A stretch of DNA of 64,000 bases from Eubacteriales bacterium (GCA_031549455.1 JAVBPT010000005.1:31993-95992), one strand, 5' to 3'. Counted from the first letter of the stretch, positions 17,441-27,092 are shown. A program made the numbers and translations. Notes: generated from the letters alone by a model not told the origin.

Positions 17441-18977
17441 TATAAAAATGAATATCGAGCATACAGAGGAAGACCTAAAACAAAAGTGTCTAAACATCTT
17501 AAAAAGAGAAACGGCAGAGTCTTTTCAAATTGTGAAGAGATCAGTGGATGCAAGGGACAAAAGGGATGTTTTTTATGTATACAGTGTGGAGCTAAAGGTA
17601 GCGGATGAAGAACGGATCCGGGAGACAAAAGAGGTCGTAAAGGTCGAGGCGGAACGATTTGTTTTTCCGAGGTCACAGAAAAGTTTTGAAAAGAAACCGA
17701 TTGTTGTAGGAGCGGGGCCAGCCGGTCTGTTTTCAGCGCTCACGTTGGTTCGCTCGGGTGTTCCGTGCACCCTAATTGAACAAGGAAAGCCGGTGGAGGA
17801 GAGAGTAAAGGATGTTGCCTCTTTCTTTGAGAGCGGGAAACTAAATCCGCTCTCAAATATCCAATTTGGCGAAGGGGGAGCGGGCACGTTTAGCGATGGA
17901 AAGCTCACCACTGGCATCAAAGATGAGCGGGTTCGAGCTGTTTTCGAGACGTTCGTTGAATTCGGAGCGCCAAGAGAGATTCTGTATTCCGGAAAACCGC
18001 ATATTGGAACGGACCGGCTAAGGTCAATGATCAAAAGAATGCGAGCCTATTTGATTCAAAATGGGTGCGAGGTGCGTTTCGATTCGAAACTCACAGACCT
18101 CTTGATAGAGGAAAGCTGGTTAAAGGGCATCGTTGTGAATCATACCGAGACCATAGAAACGGATCATTTAATCCTTGCAATGGGACATTCTGCTAGAGAT
18201 ACGTATAACATGCTTTACCAAAAAGGGATTGCTCTCGAACAGAAAAACTTCTCCATTGGGGTTCGGATTGAGCATGAGCAAAGTATGATCCAACACAACC
18301 AATATGGTTCTTTTGCAGAGCTTTTGGAGCCAACAGATTATAAGCTGGTTTCCCACCTTGAAAACGGACGGAGTGTATACACCTTCTGCGTGTGCCCGGG
18401 TGGCTATGTTGTGGGGGCTTCTAGCGAGGAGGAGATGGTTTGCACCAATGGAATGAGTGAATATAAAAGGGATGGCAAAAATATTAATGGGGCCATTCTG
18501 GTCGGTATTAATCGGGAAGACTTTCATAGTGATCATCCTCTTGCGGGTATTTATTTACAACAAAAGCTAGAGCGAGACGCATTTATAGTAGGCGGAGGAA
18601 ATTATTATGCGCCCTGTCAAAGGGTGGCCGATTTCATACAAAATCAGAAAACCACTGAATTTGGATCGATTACACCGAGCTATAAACCGGGCGTGACGCC
18701 AGCCAATTTCCATGAAATCTTGCCACCTTTTATTACGGAAAGTTTAAAAGAGGCAATTCTTGAGTTTGATCGCAAGATAAAAGGGTTTGCAGCGGAAGAT
18801 GCGATTTTGACTGGAGTGGAGAGCAGAAGTTCTTCTCCGGTCAGAATTGTAAGAGGAGAGGACATGAGGGGATCAATCGAGGGCTTTTATCCAATCGGAG
18901 AAGGAGCGGGTTATGCCGGTGGGATTGTAAGCTCAGCAGTGGACGGGATGAAATGTGCGCTGGCGTTAATCCACTAA
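17424..18977 (+). CDS. Uncharacterised FAD-dependent dehydrogenase (COG2509-like)
   Basis: It contains VVGAGPAGL, GEGGAGTFSDGKL and a C-terminal GEGAGYAGGI motif. Confidence 0.75.
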   Translation: MIRINNIKMNIEHTEEDLKQKCLNILKRETAESFQIVKRSVDARDKRDVFYVYSVELKVADEERIRETKEVVKVEAERFVFPRSQKSFEKKPIVVGAGPAGLFSALTLVRSGVPCTLIEQGKPVEERVKDVASFFESGKLNPLSNIQFGEGGAGTFSDGKLTTGIKDERVRAVFETFVEFGAPREILYSGKPHIGTDRLRSMIKRMRAYLIQNGCEVRFDSKLTDLLIEESWLKGIVVNHTETIETDHLILAMGHSARDTYNMLYQKGIALEQKNFSIGVRIEHEQSMIQHNQYGSFAELLEPTDYKLVSHLENGRSVYTFCVCPGGYVVGASSEEEMVCTNGMSEYKRDGKNINGAILVGINREDFHSDHPLAGIYLQQKLERDAFIVGGGNYYAPCQRVADFIQNQKTTEFGSITPSYKPGVTPANFHEILPPFITESLKEAILEFDRKIKGFAAEDAILTGVESRSSSPVRIVRGEDMRGSIEGFYPIGEGAGYAGGIVSSAVDGMKCALALIH

Positions 18978-18998
18978 ATTTGGACAGAATAGAGAGAG

Positions 18999-19016
18999 AA
19001 AAATCTCTCTTTTTAT
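18999..19016. repeat. Left copy of 18-bp perfect direct repeat AAAAATCTCTCTTTTTAT
   Basis: It is identical to 20702-20719. Here it forms the 3' half and T-tail of the terminator hairpin AGAGAGA-AAAA-TCTCTCT of the upstream gene. Confidence 0.8.
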
Positions 19017-19079
19017 ATAAAAAGAGCTTATCCCCCGTAAGGAATAAGCAAGAGAAAACCTCCAATATTTATAAGGTGT

Positions 19080-19382
19080 CTAAATGATGTGAAACATCTG
19101 TAATGCGAAATAGATAGTTAAAAGGACTATAAAGCTGATGGTTGCGTAGGCAAATGTTTTGTGTACACGGTCTTCGACTCTGCGAGTGATAAGAATTAGA
19201 CATGCAACTTCGATTACAGAAAGTACAGAAAGGAATGTTGCCCCTGAATCTTTGAAAATAGCTTGCAGAGCGAAGTAAATCGATAGTGTACCACTAAACT
19301 GAACGATTGGTTCTTTTGCCAAAGCTGGTAACTTCATTGCGAAATCCCCTTTCATTTTTTGATTTTGTTGTTTGTTGAGCAT
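19080..19382 (-). CDS. Small 3-TM membrane protein, unknown function
   Basis: It has three hydrophobic segments, its own TTTACA-17-TATACT promoter (minus strand, ~19440-19470) and a terminator at ~19028-19060. The start is uncertain (19382 or 19337). Confidence 0.5.
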   Translation of the reverse strand: MLNKQQNQKMKGDFAMKLPALAKEPIVQFSGTLSIYFALQAIFKDSGATFLSVLSVIEVACLILITRRVEDRVHKTFAYATISFIVLLTIYFALQMFHII

Positions 19383-19518
19383 ATTGCCCTTGTCCCCTTT
19401 CGGTTGAATTGGTTGTGTGGTTCTCTTGGAAATAGCTAGTGCTTAAAAATAATACTATAAGTATAGCACAATTACCAATATTTGTAAATAGAAAATGGTA
19501 AATACTTCAAATTAATTA

Positions 19519-19548
19519 TTGACATAAACTGTAAAAACATGGTATAAT
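19519..19548 (+). promoter_or_regulatory. Strong sigma-A promoter candidate
   Basis: TTGACA, an 18-nt spacer, then TATAAT with an upstream TG (TGGTATAAT). Confidence 0.6.
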
Positions 19549-19578
19549 GTAATTATATGGAAAAAAAGGTGCAGGATT

Positions 19579-20544
19579 ATGAGTAATGGAATTACGATTA
19601 GACATAACAAATATACTCCTTGGAGTCCAAAAGAATATTATAATAAATATGGATTTAAAATTAAAAAACCAGTTCAAGAAGGGTTTAAAATTAATGTTCA
19701 AAAATATAATCCTGAAGAAGAAGGAAGTAAGAATAAAACAGTAATCCAAGCCATTGAGGATGGATATAAAAATACTGATAAAATTTGCGATGATAATCTG
19801 TTAATTGCTAAAATTCCTGCAATAAAAAAAGCGGTGGAAAGTATAGATAGAGAAATTGTTGCAACTGGAATTGATACTAAAAGTATTGATGGAAAAATGC
19901 AGGTAATGGCATTTTTATATGGTCAATTACAAAAGGATATAAAGTACTATAATCCACAAGTTAGGGTGGGAAACTGGATGCCGAATTACCTTCAAGAAAG
20001 AGCTACAGGGTTAGAAGATGGTTGTAATGTTTATGGTGCTTTAGTAGATAAATATGCTAAATGTTCAGGTATTGCAAAAGCATTTGAAGTCTTATGCAAT
20101 CATTATGGAATAGCATGTACATCTAGAGGACTTACTGGAGTTAGAGTTGGTCATGCAATAAATGAGGTGAGTTTTGATAATGGAAAAGTATCTTATATAG
20201 ATATTGCATCTGAAATAGGAATGGGACAAGATGGACTTTATGCTGATAAAAATACTATAAGAAGAATTCCTATTGAAAAGCTAAATATAACCACTAGATA
20301 TTTCATGATGAGCAAAGAAGATGTAAATAGGATGGGATATACTTTTGATGAAGAGCCTCGTTCGGAAAGTCAGAAGATGAGTGAAAATGAAAAATTAGAT
20401 TTATTTAGTGAAGTAGATAGAAAGATAGCAAATGGAGTCAATGGAACTGCATTAAGTGATGAAGTACCAACAGTAGCAAGTGGTAATAATGAAATGCCTA
20501 GAATAACTATACATAATCATAATGCCAGTGATATAGAATACTAA
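19579..20544 (+). CDS. Transglutaminase-like (Cys-His-Asp) domain protein, no signal peptide
   Basis: The core AKCSGIAKAFEVLCNHYGIAC...GHAINEVSF...SYIDIA resembles the transglutaminase-like cysteine peptidase core (C...H...D). The gene is very AT-rich. Confidence 0.55.
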   Translation: MSNGITIRHNKYTPWSPKEYYNKYGFKIKKPVQEGFKINVQKYNPEEEGSKNKTVIQAIEDGYKNTDKICDDNLLIAKIPAIKKAVESIDREIVATGIDTKSIDGKMQVMAFLYGQLQKDIKYYNPQVRVGNWMPNYLQERATGLEDGCNVYGALVDKYAKCSGIAKAFEVLCNHYGIACTSRGLTGVRVGHAINEVSFDNGKVSYIDIASEIGMGQDGLYADKNTIRRIPIEKLNITTRYFMMSKEDVNRMGYTFDEEPRSESQKMSENEKLDLFSEVDRKIANGVNGTALSDEVPTVASGNNEMPRITIHNHNASDIEY

Positions 20545-20565
20545 TTAAAATAAATTGTACAAATT

Positions 20566-20595
20566 GAATCTGTGAACAAAGCAGATTCTTTTTTA
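20566..20595 (+). terminator. Intrinsic terminator
   Basis: GAATCTG-loop-CAGATTC followed by TTTTTT. Confidence 0.8.
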
Positions 20596-20701
20596 ATGCA
20601 GCTGGTGATAAGTGTGAAAGATAATTTAACAGAAAGGCTCAACCCGAAATCTACCGAACAAATGGCAAATCAAAATGAAGCAGAGCCTATTTTACTTAGG
20701 T

Positions 20702-20719
20702 AAAAATCTCTCTTTTTAT
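20702..20719. repeat. Right copy of 18-bp perfect direct repeat AAAAATCTCTCTTTTTAT
   Basis: It is identical to 18999-19016. Here the 5' hairpin half is missing. Confidence 0.8.
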
Positions 20720-20802
20720 TTTTGAATATTTCCATCATAAGTAAATAATTTCTTCTTGAAGTGTCAATAATAAAAATGATATTTTATGATGTGGAGGTTG
20801 TA

Positions 20803-22143
20803 ATGGATAAAGTAGAAACCACCTATAAGCGACTATATTGGGACAACGGAAGTACCATGTATGAGGGAGGAATTCGAGACGGCAGGCCAAACGGCTATGG
20901 TAGAATGTATGATAAAGAAAGCAAGATAAGATACAAAGGCGACTTTACAGATGGAATCGTGAGCGGGAAAGGCAAACTGTATTACGATAATGGTAAGATT
21001 GAATACGAGGGAACATTCTTAAATACAAAAAAGCATGGCTTTGGTAAGGAGTATGACCGAAATGGAATACTCAAATATATGGGTGAGTTTAAAACAGATT
21101 CCAAAGACGGGTACGGAAAATTGTTTAATAATACGGGAGAAATTATTTACGAAGGGTATTTCAAAAAAAACAGTATTGATAATATGAACGTGGAGATAGG
21201 GGAAGATATGGGAACATTGGTGCTTGATAAAAAAGAAAATGAAGAAAAACGAAGTGAGCGAGTTAAAATTGAGCCGGAAATTAAAATCGAAACAAAACAA
21301 GCGGACATCATGAGTAAAATCAGTAGAAAAAGAGAAGAAGTGAAATATGACAAGTATGTCCAGACTGGAAAAGGGAGCAGCGCTTATTACCCCAAAGAGA
21401 AAATAATTGAAACAGATTATAGCAGGGGAAAGGTATTCCGAAAAAATGGAACTCTTGAGTATGAGGGAGAGCTGACTGACCGAAAGATGCATGGCCTTGG
21501 AAAAACATTTTATGAAAATGGGAAAATACAATATGAAGGAAGTTTTATGTATGGCATGATAGAGGGAAATGGGACCCTATATGATGTAGAAGGGAACGTG
21601 AAATATAAAGGAAGCTTCTTTGAAAACAAGATAGAAGGAAGCGGAAAAATTTATTTTAAAGAAGGAAGCATAAAGTACGATGGAGAGCTTGCAGATGGCC
21701 TTCCAAACGGAAAAGGTAAAAAATATAATTCAAAGGGCGTGCTGAAGTGTGAAGGCCGATTTGAAGATGGACTACTAGAGGGAGAGGGAAAAGAGTATTA
21801 TGACAATCGGACCATGAGAATTGATGGCGTATTCTCTAAAGGCCTTGCAAATGGGGAATGTAGATATTATGACAAAGCTGGAAAATTGCGATATGAAGGA
21901 AGCCTGGCAGATGGGAGATTCTGCGGATATGGCAAGATTTATTACGCAGATGGTAAGACCAAATATGAGGGTGAGTTTAAAGATGGTATCTACAGCGGGC
22001 GAGGCAAATTGTATTATCCGGACGCACAAATCAAATATGAGGGTACATTTAACTACGGTGTACCAGATGGAAAAGGGAAGTTATACGATAAAAAGAGCAT
22101 TTTACGATATGAAGGTGAATTTAAAGATGGAATTCCAGTATAG
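20803..22143 (+). CDS. MORN-repeat protein (two MORN arrays separated by a charged linker)
   Basis: The unit YEGxxxxGxxxGxGxxxY recurs many times. A GGAGG RBS supports the ATG at 20803. Confidence 0.8.
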   Translation: MDKVETTYKRLYWDNGSTMYEGGIRDGRPNGYGRMYDKESKIRYKGDFTDGIVSGKGKLYYDNGKIEYEGTFLNTKKHGFGKEYDRNGILKYMGEFKTDSKDGYGKLFNNTGEIIYEGYFKKNSIDNMNVEIGEDMGTLVLDKKENEEKRSERVKIEPEIKIETKQADIMSKISRKREEVKYDKYVQTGKGSSAYYPKEKIIETDYSRGKVFRKNGTLEYEGELTDRKMHGLGKTFYENGKIQYEGSFMYGMIEGNGTLYDVEGNVKYKGSFFENKIEGSGKIYFKEGSIKYDGELADGLPNGKGKKYNSKGVLKCEGRFEDGLLEGEGKEYYDNRTMRIDGVFSKGLANGECRYYDKAGKLRYEGSLADGRFCGYGKIYYADGKTKYEGEFKDGIYSGRGKLYYPDAQIKYEGTFNYGVPDGKGKLYDKKSILRYEGEFKDGIPV

Positions 22144-22222
22144 GAATTCTTTTTTCATGAATTCTTAAAAAACGTGTACAAATTGGAGATTTGCATGTAT
22201 AATAGTAGAAAAAGGAAAAAGG

Positions 22223-22768
22223 ATGAGAGTCATTAGTGGAAAAAAGAGAGGGGCTAAGTTGGCATCGGTTGAAAGCGAGGACACAAGGCCAACGCTGGAT
22301 CGGACGAAAGAAACCATGTTTAATCTGATTCCCGCCCCCTTCTATGATAAGGTCGTGCTTGACTTGTTCAGCGGTTCAGGAGCGCTAGGGATTGAGGCGC
22401 TTAGCAGGGGGGCAGGCGAGTGTCACTTTGTGGATTCCTCTACGGAATGCACAAAAATGATACATAAAAACCTGGAACACACAGGGCTAAATGAGCTAGG
22501 GGAGATTCATACAATGGATGTACAAAAATCCATAGAATGGTTTACAAATCGTAAAATATTTGATATTATATTTCTAGACCCACCGTATAATATGGGTTTT
22601 ATAAATAGTACTTTAAACAGCATAATCAAAGCGGGTATTTTGAATCAGAATGGGCTTGTTGTGCTTGAAGCAGGGAATAAAGAAGAGATCAGACAAGAGG
22701 AGTTAAGGCTTCTAAAAAGCAGAAGATTTAAAATATCAACACTATATTTATATACATTATATAAGTAG
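22223..22768 (+). CDS. rsmD: 16S rRNA (guanine966-N2)-methyltransferase
   Basis: It contains MRVISGKKRG...RPTLDRTKETMFN, the SAM-binding DLFSGSGALGIE and the DPPY motif. Confidence 0.85.
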   Translation: MRVISGKKRGAKLASVESEDTRPTLDRTKETMFNLIPAPFYDKVVLDLFSGSGALGIEALSRGAGECHFVDSSTECTKMIHKNLEHTGLNELGEIHTMDVQKSIEWFTNRKIFDIIFLDPPYNMGFINSTLNSIIKAGILNQNGLVVLEAGNKEEIRQEELRLLKSRRFKISTLYLYTLYK

Positions 22769-22791
22769 CAAGTATAATAATGGAGGTTATT

Positions 22792-23316
22792 ATGGAAAAC
22801 ATTATGGAGCTGTTTGGTAGGTTGGAAGATACAGTTGACGATGCCACAAAAGTGCCTTTTACTGAAAATGTGATGGTGAACGGAAAAGAGCTGCTCGATT
22901 TGATTATGGATATTAAGCTTAAGTTTCCAGATGCGATTAAACACGCAGAATGGGTTATTCAGGAAAGAAATAAAATTTTGATGGATGCCAGAAAAGAAGC
23001 AGAAGGCAAGCTAAAAGAATCCGAACGTTATGCCAACAGACTAGTTGATGAAAATGAGGTGACAAGAAGGGCATATGAACAAGCAGAGAAGATTGTAGAA
23101 AGCGCCAAGCAAGCAGAACGTGAAATGAAACTAGGAGCACTTGAATACGCGGATAGCATTCTTGTAAAGGTCGAAGAGGGGTTAAAACAAACAATGGAAC
23201 GTTTTCACGAACAATTTCTTTCGATTGAGGAGACCTATTCTGTCTTTTTACAACAAATTTCAAAAAACAGACAAGAATTAAGAGGAATCAATCGCAATAA
23301 TATTGATGATCTTTAA
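22792..23316 (+). CDS. Coiled-coil protein of unknown function (ATPase subunit-H-like annotation class)
   Basis: It is a charged helical sequence with no catalytic motif. A GGAGG RBS favours the ATG at 22792. Confidence 0.4.
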   Translation: MENIMELFGRLEDTVDDATKVPFTENVMVNGKELLDLIMDIKLKFPDAIKHAEWVIQERNKILMDARKEAEGKLKESERYANRLVDENEVTRRAYEQAEKIVESAKQAEREMKLGALEYADSILVKVEEGLKQTMERFHEQFLSIEETYSVFLQQISKNRQELRGINRNNIDDL

Positions 23317-24311
23317 AAAAAACAGTGGTATAGGAAAAAGGTAAAAAGGACACTCAGGACACCCTGAACAAATTTGTACTTTAAATACTGGCCAAATTTG
23401 ATATTCGAATGCAAAATAATGTTGTGGGTTTGCATGTGTACACAAAAACCTCCAAAGCTGATTAGAAAAGAGGCGGAAAGAATTTTATAAAGCAGATCCA
23501 TCTGTAAAATAGATAACAAATATAGACCATTTGTGATCTCAATGATTCCAAAAATCATGTTTGAAAAGTAGGTCGCAGGAATTACAACGGGGCACAGCTT
23601 TGATACAAACAGATATAAAATGTCTTGGATGTGGTAGATGCCAAACACCTTAATGAGGATACAGAAAAAAACCACCACGCCACCGATGTTGATGATGGTC
23701 TCCACCGCACTCATAATGCTGTCGTTTAGAATGACGGAGATGTTGGACTTGGGCAGAAAGCCAAATGGGCTCTCGGCATATCTCTTTTTCCGGTTCTGAA
23801 AAGATTGATAAAGCGCAATGGATATTGCCGCAAACATTTGAGATACTATTAGTAATGTTCCGATTTTAAGGTCACCAAACATGTTAATCGCAATTGCGCC
23901 GATGATGAACATTGGGCCACAATTATTGGAATAAGTGATTAATATATTGGCCTCATCTTCTGTAATCTCCCCGTTTGAAAGCATGGTATACACGGTCTTT
24001 GCTCCAAGCGGATAGCCCGTTAAAAGTCCTAGGGCAAAGCAAATTGAGCCGTGAATAGATACATTTAGGACTCTGGATAAAGGTTTTAGAACAAAAGAAA
24101 ACAAATGAACCAGATTGGTTTCGATAATGATATTAATGATAATGATAAAGGCAAAAAGAGAGGGAAGAATATTGTTATACCAAAGTAGAAGACCCGTCTT
24201 GGTTGCCAGAAAGATATCCGTTGGATAAGCAAAAAGAGTATATAAAAATAATATACATAATATGTAGAAGATAAAATAACAAATATATTTTATGATTCTC
24301 ATATAAACCAC
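23313..24311 (-). CDS. ylbJ: Sporulation integral membrane protein YlbJ-like (nucleoside-recognition/Gate domain)
   Basis: It is a polytopic membrane protein, and its position opposite rsmD matches the B. subtilis ylbH-ylbJ neighbourhood. The start is uncertain (24311 GTG or 24302 ATG). Confidence 0.6.
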   Translation of the reverse strand: MVYMRIIKYICYFIFYILCILFLYTLFAYPTDIFLATKTGLLLWYNNILPSLFAFIIIINIIIETNLVHLFSFVLKPLSRVLNVSIHGSICFALGLLTGYPLGAKTVYTMLSNGEITEDEANILITYSNNCGPMFIIGAIAINMFGDLKIGTLLIVSQMFAAISIALYQSFQNRKKRYAESPFGFLPKSNISVILNDSIMSAVETIINIGGVVVFFCILIKVFGIYHIQDILYLFVSKLCPVVIPATYFSNMIFGIIEITNGLYLLSILQMDLLYKILSASFLISFGGFCVHMQTHNIILHSNIKFGQYLKYKFVQGVLSVLFTFFLYHCFF

Positions 24312-24372
24312 TTGAACGTACTACTTGTGTATTATATTAATATAAATTTTATTATATGTGTGGAGGGTAAAA

Positions 24373-24660
24373 ATGGACAAAAATGAAAGAATAATGATTT
24401 TACAAATGCTCAGCGAAGGAAAGATCAACGTGGACGAAAGTGTGCGACTTCTGGATGCACTTAAACCAGACTATCTCAATGAAGGAGTAGAAAAGGTAAG
24501 ACAGGTTTGCGATGCAACCGGTAAAAAAATCGAACCAGCTGTGAACGAAATTAAGAAAGTATATAAAAAAGCGGAACCCAAAATAAAAGAAGCGGCAGAA
24601 AAAACAACCAAAGCGGTTAAAAAAGCCGCCAATGATATTCAAAAAAAGATAAAAAAATAG
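24373..24660 (+). CDS. Small Lys-rich protein with SHOCT/LiaX-like N-terminal helix
   Basis: It contains the ILQMLSEGKINVDESVRLLDAL motif. A GGAGGG RBS precedes the ATG at 24373. Confidence 0.4.
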   Translation: MDKNERIMILQMLSEGKINVDESVRLLDALKPDYLNEGVEKVRQVCDATGKKIEPAVNEIKKVYKKAEPKIKEAAEKTTKAVKKAANDIQKKIKK

Positions 24661-24685
24661 GAAGTGTGGGATGGAAGAGGTAAAA

Positions 24686-25285
24686 ATGAGTGTTGGAAAT
24701 CTGTTTAAATATATTACAATCACGGTTTTGGTTGTCATGATTTCAGTTGCCATCGCCACAAACTATATTTCCTCAATGGCAGCAAGTAGTAAAGAGGACT
24801 ATGCGGCAAAGCAACTAAAAGAGGTTGATATTTTAAGAGGAGACGAGAACGGAAATCTTCTTCTTGACGCGCATATCACGCGTGCTGAGATGGCAACGTT
24901 GATTCTTAGAATTATGATGTACGAGGATGAACCCGTTGCAGATGCAGGTTTATCCAAGCATACAGATATAAAAGGACATTGGGCAGAAAGCAATATCAAA
25001 AAAGTGATCAATCTAAAATATATGAAGGGGAAGTCGGATGCTATTTTTGGTCCGAATGATCAACTCACCTATGGCGAGATCGTGACCCTCATTATTAGAC
25101 TCATGGGAGCGGAGAACGCCTCAATGGTCAACTGGCCAGTGGATTATGTAAATAAAGCAAAAGAGCTTAAGATAATAAAAGACGAAACCGTTTGGGAAGA
25201 GGTAAAATACAACAATAGCGTTACCAGAGGAATGGTTGCGCTGATGTTATGGGATACGATTACAGCGAATACGAATGTTAGGTAG
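24686..25285 (+). CDS. SLH-domain cell-surface protein
   Basis: It has an N-terminal TM or signal segment and two SLH-like modules (LRGDENGNLLLDAHITRAEMATLILRIM; KGKSDAIFGPNDQLTYGEIVTLIIRLM). Confidence 0.7.
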   Translation: MSVGNLFKYITITVLVVMISVAIATNYISSMAASSKEDYAAKQLKEVDILRGDENGNLLLDAHITRAEMATLILRIMMYEDEPVADAGLSKHTDIKGHWAESNIKKVINLKYMKGKSDAIFGPNDQLTYGEIVTLIIRLMGAENASMVNWPVDYVNKAKELKIIKDETVWEEVKYNNSVTRGMVALMLWDTITANTNVR

Positions 25286-25293
25286 GTGTATAA

Positions 25294-26715
25294 ATGGAAG
25301 TGAAGCTATTGTCCTGTACAAACCATGCAAGTAAAATTGTGGCCACCGCAGCCAAAATAGCGGTGACACCGGGAAAAGCAATTGAAATTTTTGATTCAAT
25401 AAAAGAGGATAAAAAAGCAGATGAGGTGGTAGAGCGGGTTCTGGGATATGGACATATGTCGATCTCGGAACATGTCTCTTTTAACTTTGGCATTCAAGAT
25501 GTGTCCCTCGTTGTAGAGACTTTTTTAATCAGCCACCGACTTGCTTCTTACACCATTCGCTCGGGAAGATATACCAGCTTTGATGACGACAATCTTTTTG
25601 TACCGGAGTTTCGATTTAATAGTTATGTGGATGATGATACGAAGGTAAAAGCCAAGGAGCTCTATAAAGATTTTGCAAAGCACGCATTTTCTGAGTACAA
25701 CTATTTTTTAGAAAAAGGAATTAAACCTGAGGATGCACGATTCTGTTTACCTTATGGCGTGAAAACCAATATCTATTTTACCGTGAATGCAAGAGAACTT
25801 ATTCATGTAATCAGTGCTGCTTTACACGGAAGGGGAAAGCGTAACGCGGAAATTGTGAAGCTGGGAGAAAGATTGCTTAAGCTTGGAAAAGAGGTACTAC
25901 CAACTGTCTTTAAGGACGTTGAACGGTATGAGCTTGGACAAGAAGAAAAGGTAGACAGATTAAACGAGATCTTTACAAGACATGAGATGCAGGACGTTGA
26001 AAGGCAAACACGAGCAATCGTCGAGTTGATTGATTACGAAGAAGATGCGGAAAGAAAGGTGGGCGTTCTTGCGCTAATTAATCAGTTTAACTGTGACACA
26101 GCATATGCTCAAATGAGAGCTAATGATACCGATATATTGAAAGAAATATTAGAGATTGTGTGCAACGATAAAAGGAAAAGAGAACTTGAACAAATTAGTT
26201 ATACCTTTAGAATGAACAATCTTACTTTACCGATTTTAAAACATATTATGAGACACCGAATGCAATCGATTCTAATTCCATCTTTTGTGCAAGTGGGGAA
26301 GAGCAAAACCTATTCCACGCCACCGTCTATGGAAGAGAATGACCAGAGTGAAGAAATTATAGAAAGATATAAAAAAGTACACGAAATGGGGAGAGAACTC
26401 TATGAAAAACTGGAAGCAATGGATGTCCGAAAAGAGGATCTAGCCTATACATATTTAATGGGAGATGAAGTGTGTGATGTGGTCACAACCATGAATGCAA
26501 GAGAACTTTATCATTTTCTATCGCTTAGAACCTGTACCAGGGCACAATGGGCAATTCGAGACATCGCGCTTTCGATGCTCAAAAAACTAAAGGAAGTGGC
26601 ACCTTATATCTTCTCACTTGCAGGACCAAATTGCTATTCAAAAGGAAAATGTACTGAGGGAAAAATGTCATGTAAACAGATGGACGAGGTTGCAAAACAA
26701 ATTAAGGAATTATAG
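25294..26715 (+). CDS. thyX: Tandem-duplicated ThyX-like flavin-dependent thymidylate synthase
   Basis: Half 1 reads GHMSISEHVSFNF...SHRLASYTIRSGRY...FTVNAREL. Half 2 reads ISYTFRM...RHRMQS...TTMNARELYHFLSLR..RAQWAIRDIA. Confidence 0.65.
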   Translation: MEVKLLSCTNHASKIVATAAKIAVTPGKAIEIFDSIKEDKKADEVVERVLGYGHMSISEHVSFNFGIQDVSLVVETFLISHRLASYTIRSGRYTSFDDDNLFVPEFRFNSYVDDDTKVKAKELYKDFAKHAFSEYNYFLEKGIKPEDARFCLPYGVKTNIYFTVNARELIHVISAALHGRGKRNAEIVKLGERLLKLGKEVLPTVFKDVERYELGQEEKVDRLNEIFTRHEMQDVERQTRAIVELIDYEEDAERKVGVLALINQFNCDTAYAQMRANDTDILKEILEIVCNDKRKRELEQISYTFRMNNLTLPILKHIMRHRMQSILIPSFVQVGKSKTYSTPPSMEENDQSEEIIERYKKVHEMGRELYEKLEAMDVRKEDLAYTYLMGDEVCDVVTTMNARELYHFLSLRTCTRAQWAIRDIALSMLKKLKEVAPYIFSLAGPNCYSKGKCTEGKMSCKQMDEVAKQIKEL

Positions 26716-27068
26716 TATAGTAGTATAAAAAACCTGATATAATTGCTTATCTATAGGTTTTACCTGTCCATCCAAATAAATAGGGAAGGCTTATCAAGCG
26801 ATGAAAAAAGATTTCCAAAGATAGAATATATAAAAATTATGGGGAGTTTGAGGGAAAAGAGAAAATGTAGCATAAATGATAATTAAAAAAAACATAGCTT
26901 TTAAATGTAAACTAATCTTGCTAAAGGCTTTTCGTATATCATATTTCCCAACTCATAGATAGCATCATCCGAGAATGGTTGTAATATTTAAAACTTATAA
27001 AATACTTCGATCTTTCATTATATACACTTAGATATTATAAACGTTTTTATTTTCAATATTTATTGCAC

Positions 27069-27092
27069 AAAAAAGAGGGCTCCCTCTTTTTT
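27069..27092. terminator. Bidirectional hairpin terminator in ORF-poor region
   Basis: AAAAAGAGGG-CTC-CCCTCTTTTTT hairpin. Confidence 0.6.

Noticed and set aside
20606-20702. A 35-codon ATG ORF (MQLVISVKDNLTERLNPKSTEQMANQNEAEPILLR) considered as a functional small gene.
   Set aside because: It has no Shine-Dalgarno and starts immediately after a terminator T-run. Its GC content differs from the rest of the islet. It is better explained as a 3' gene remnant at the insert boundary.
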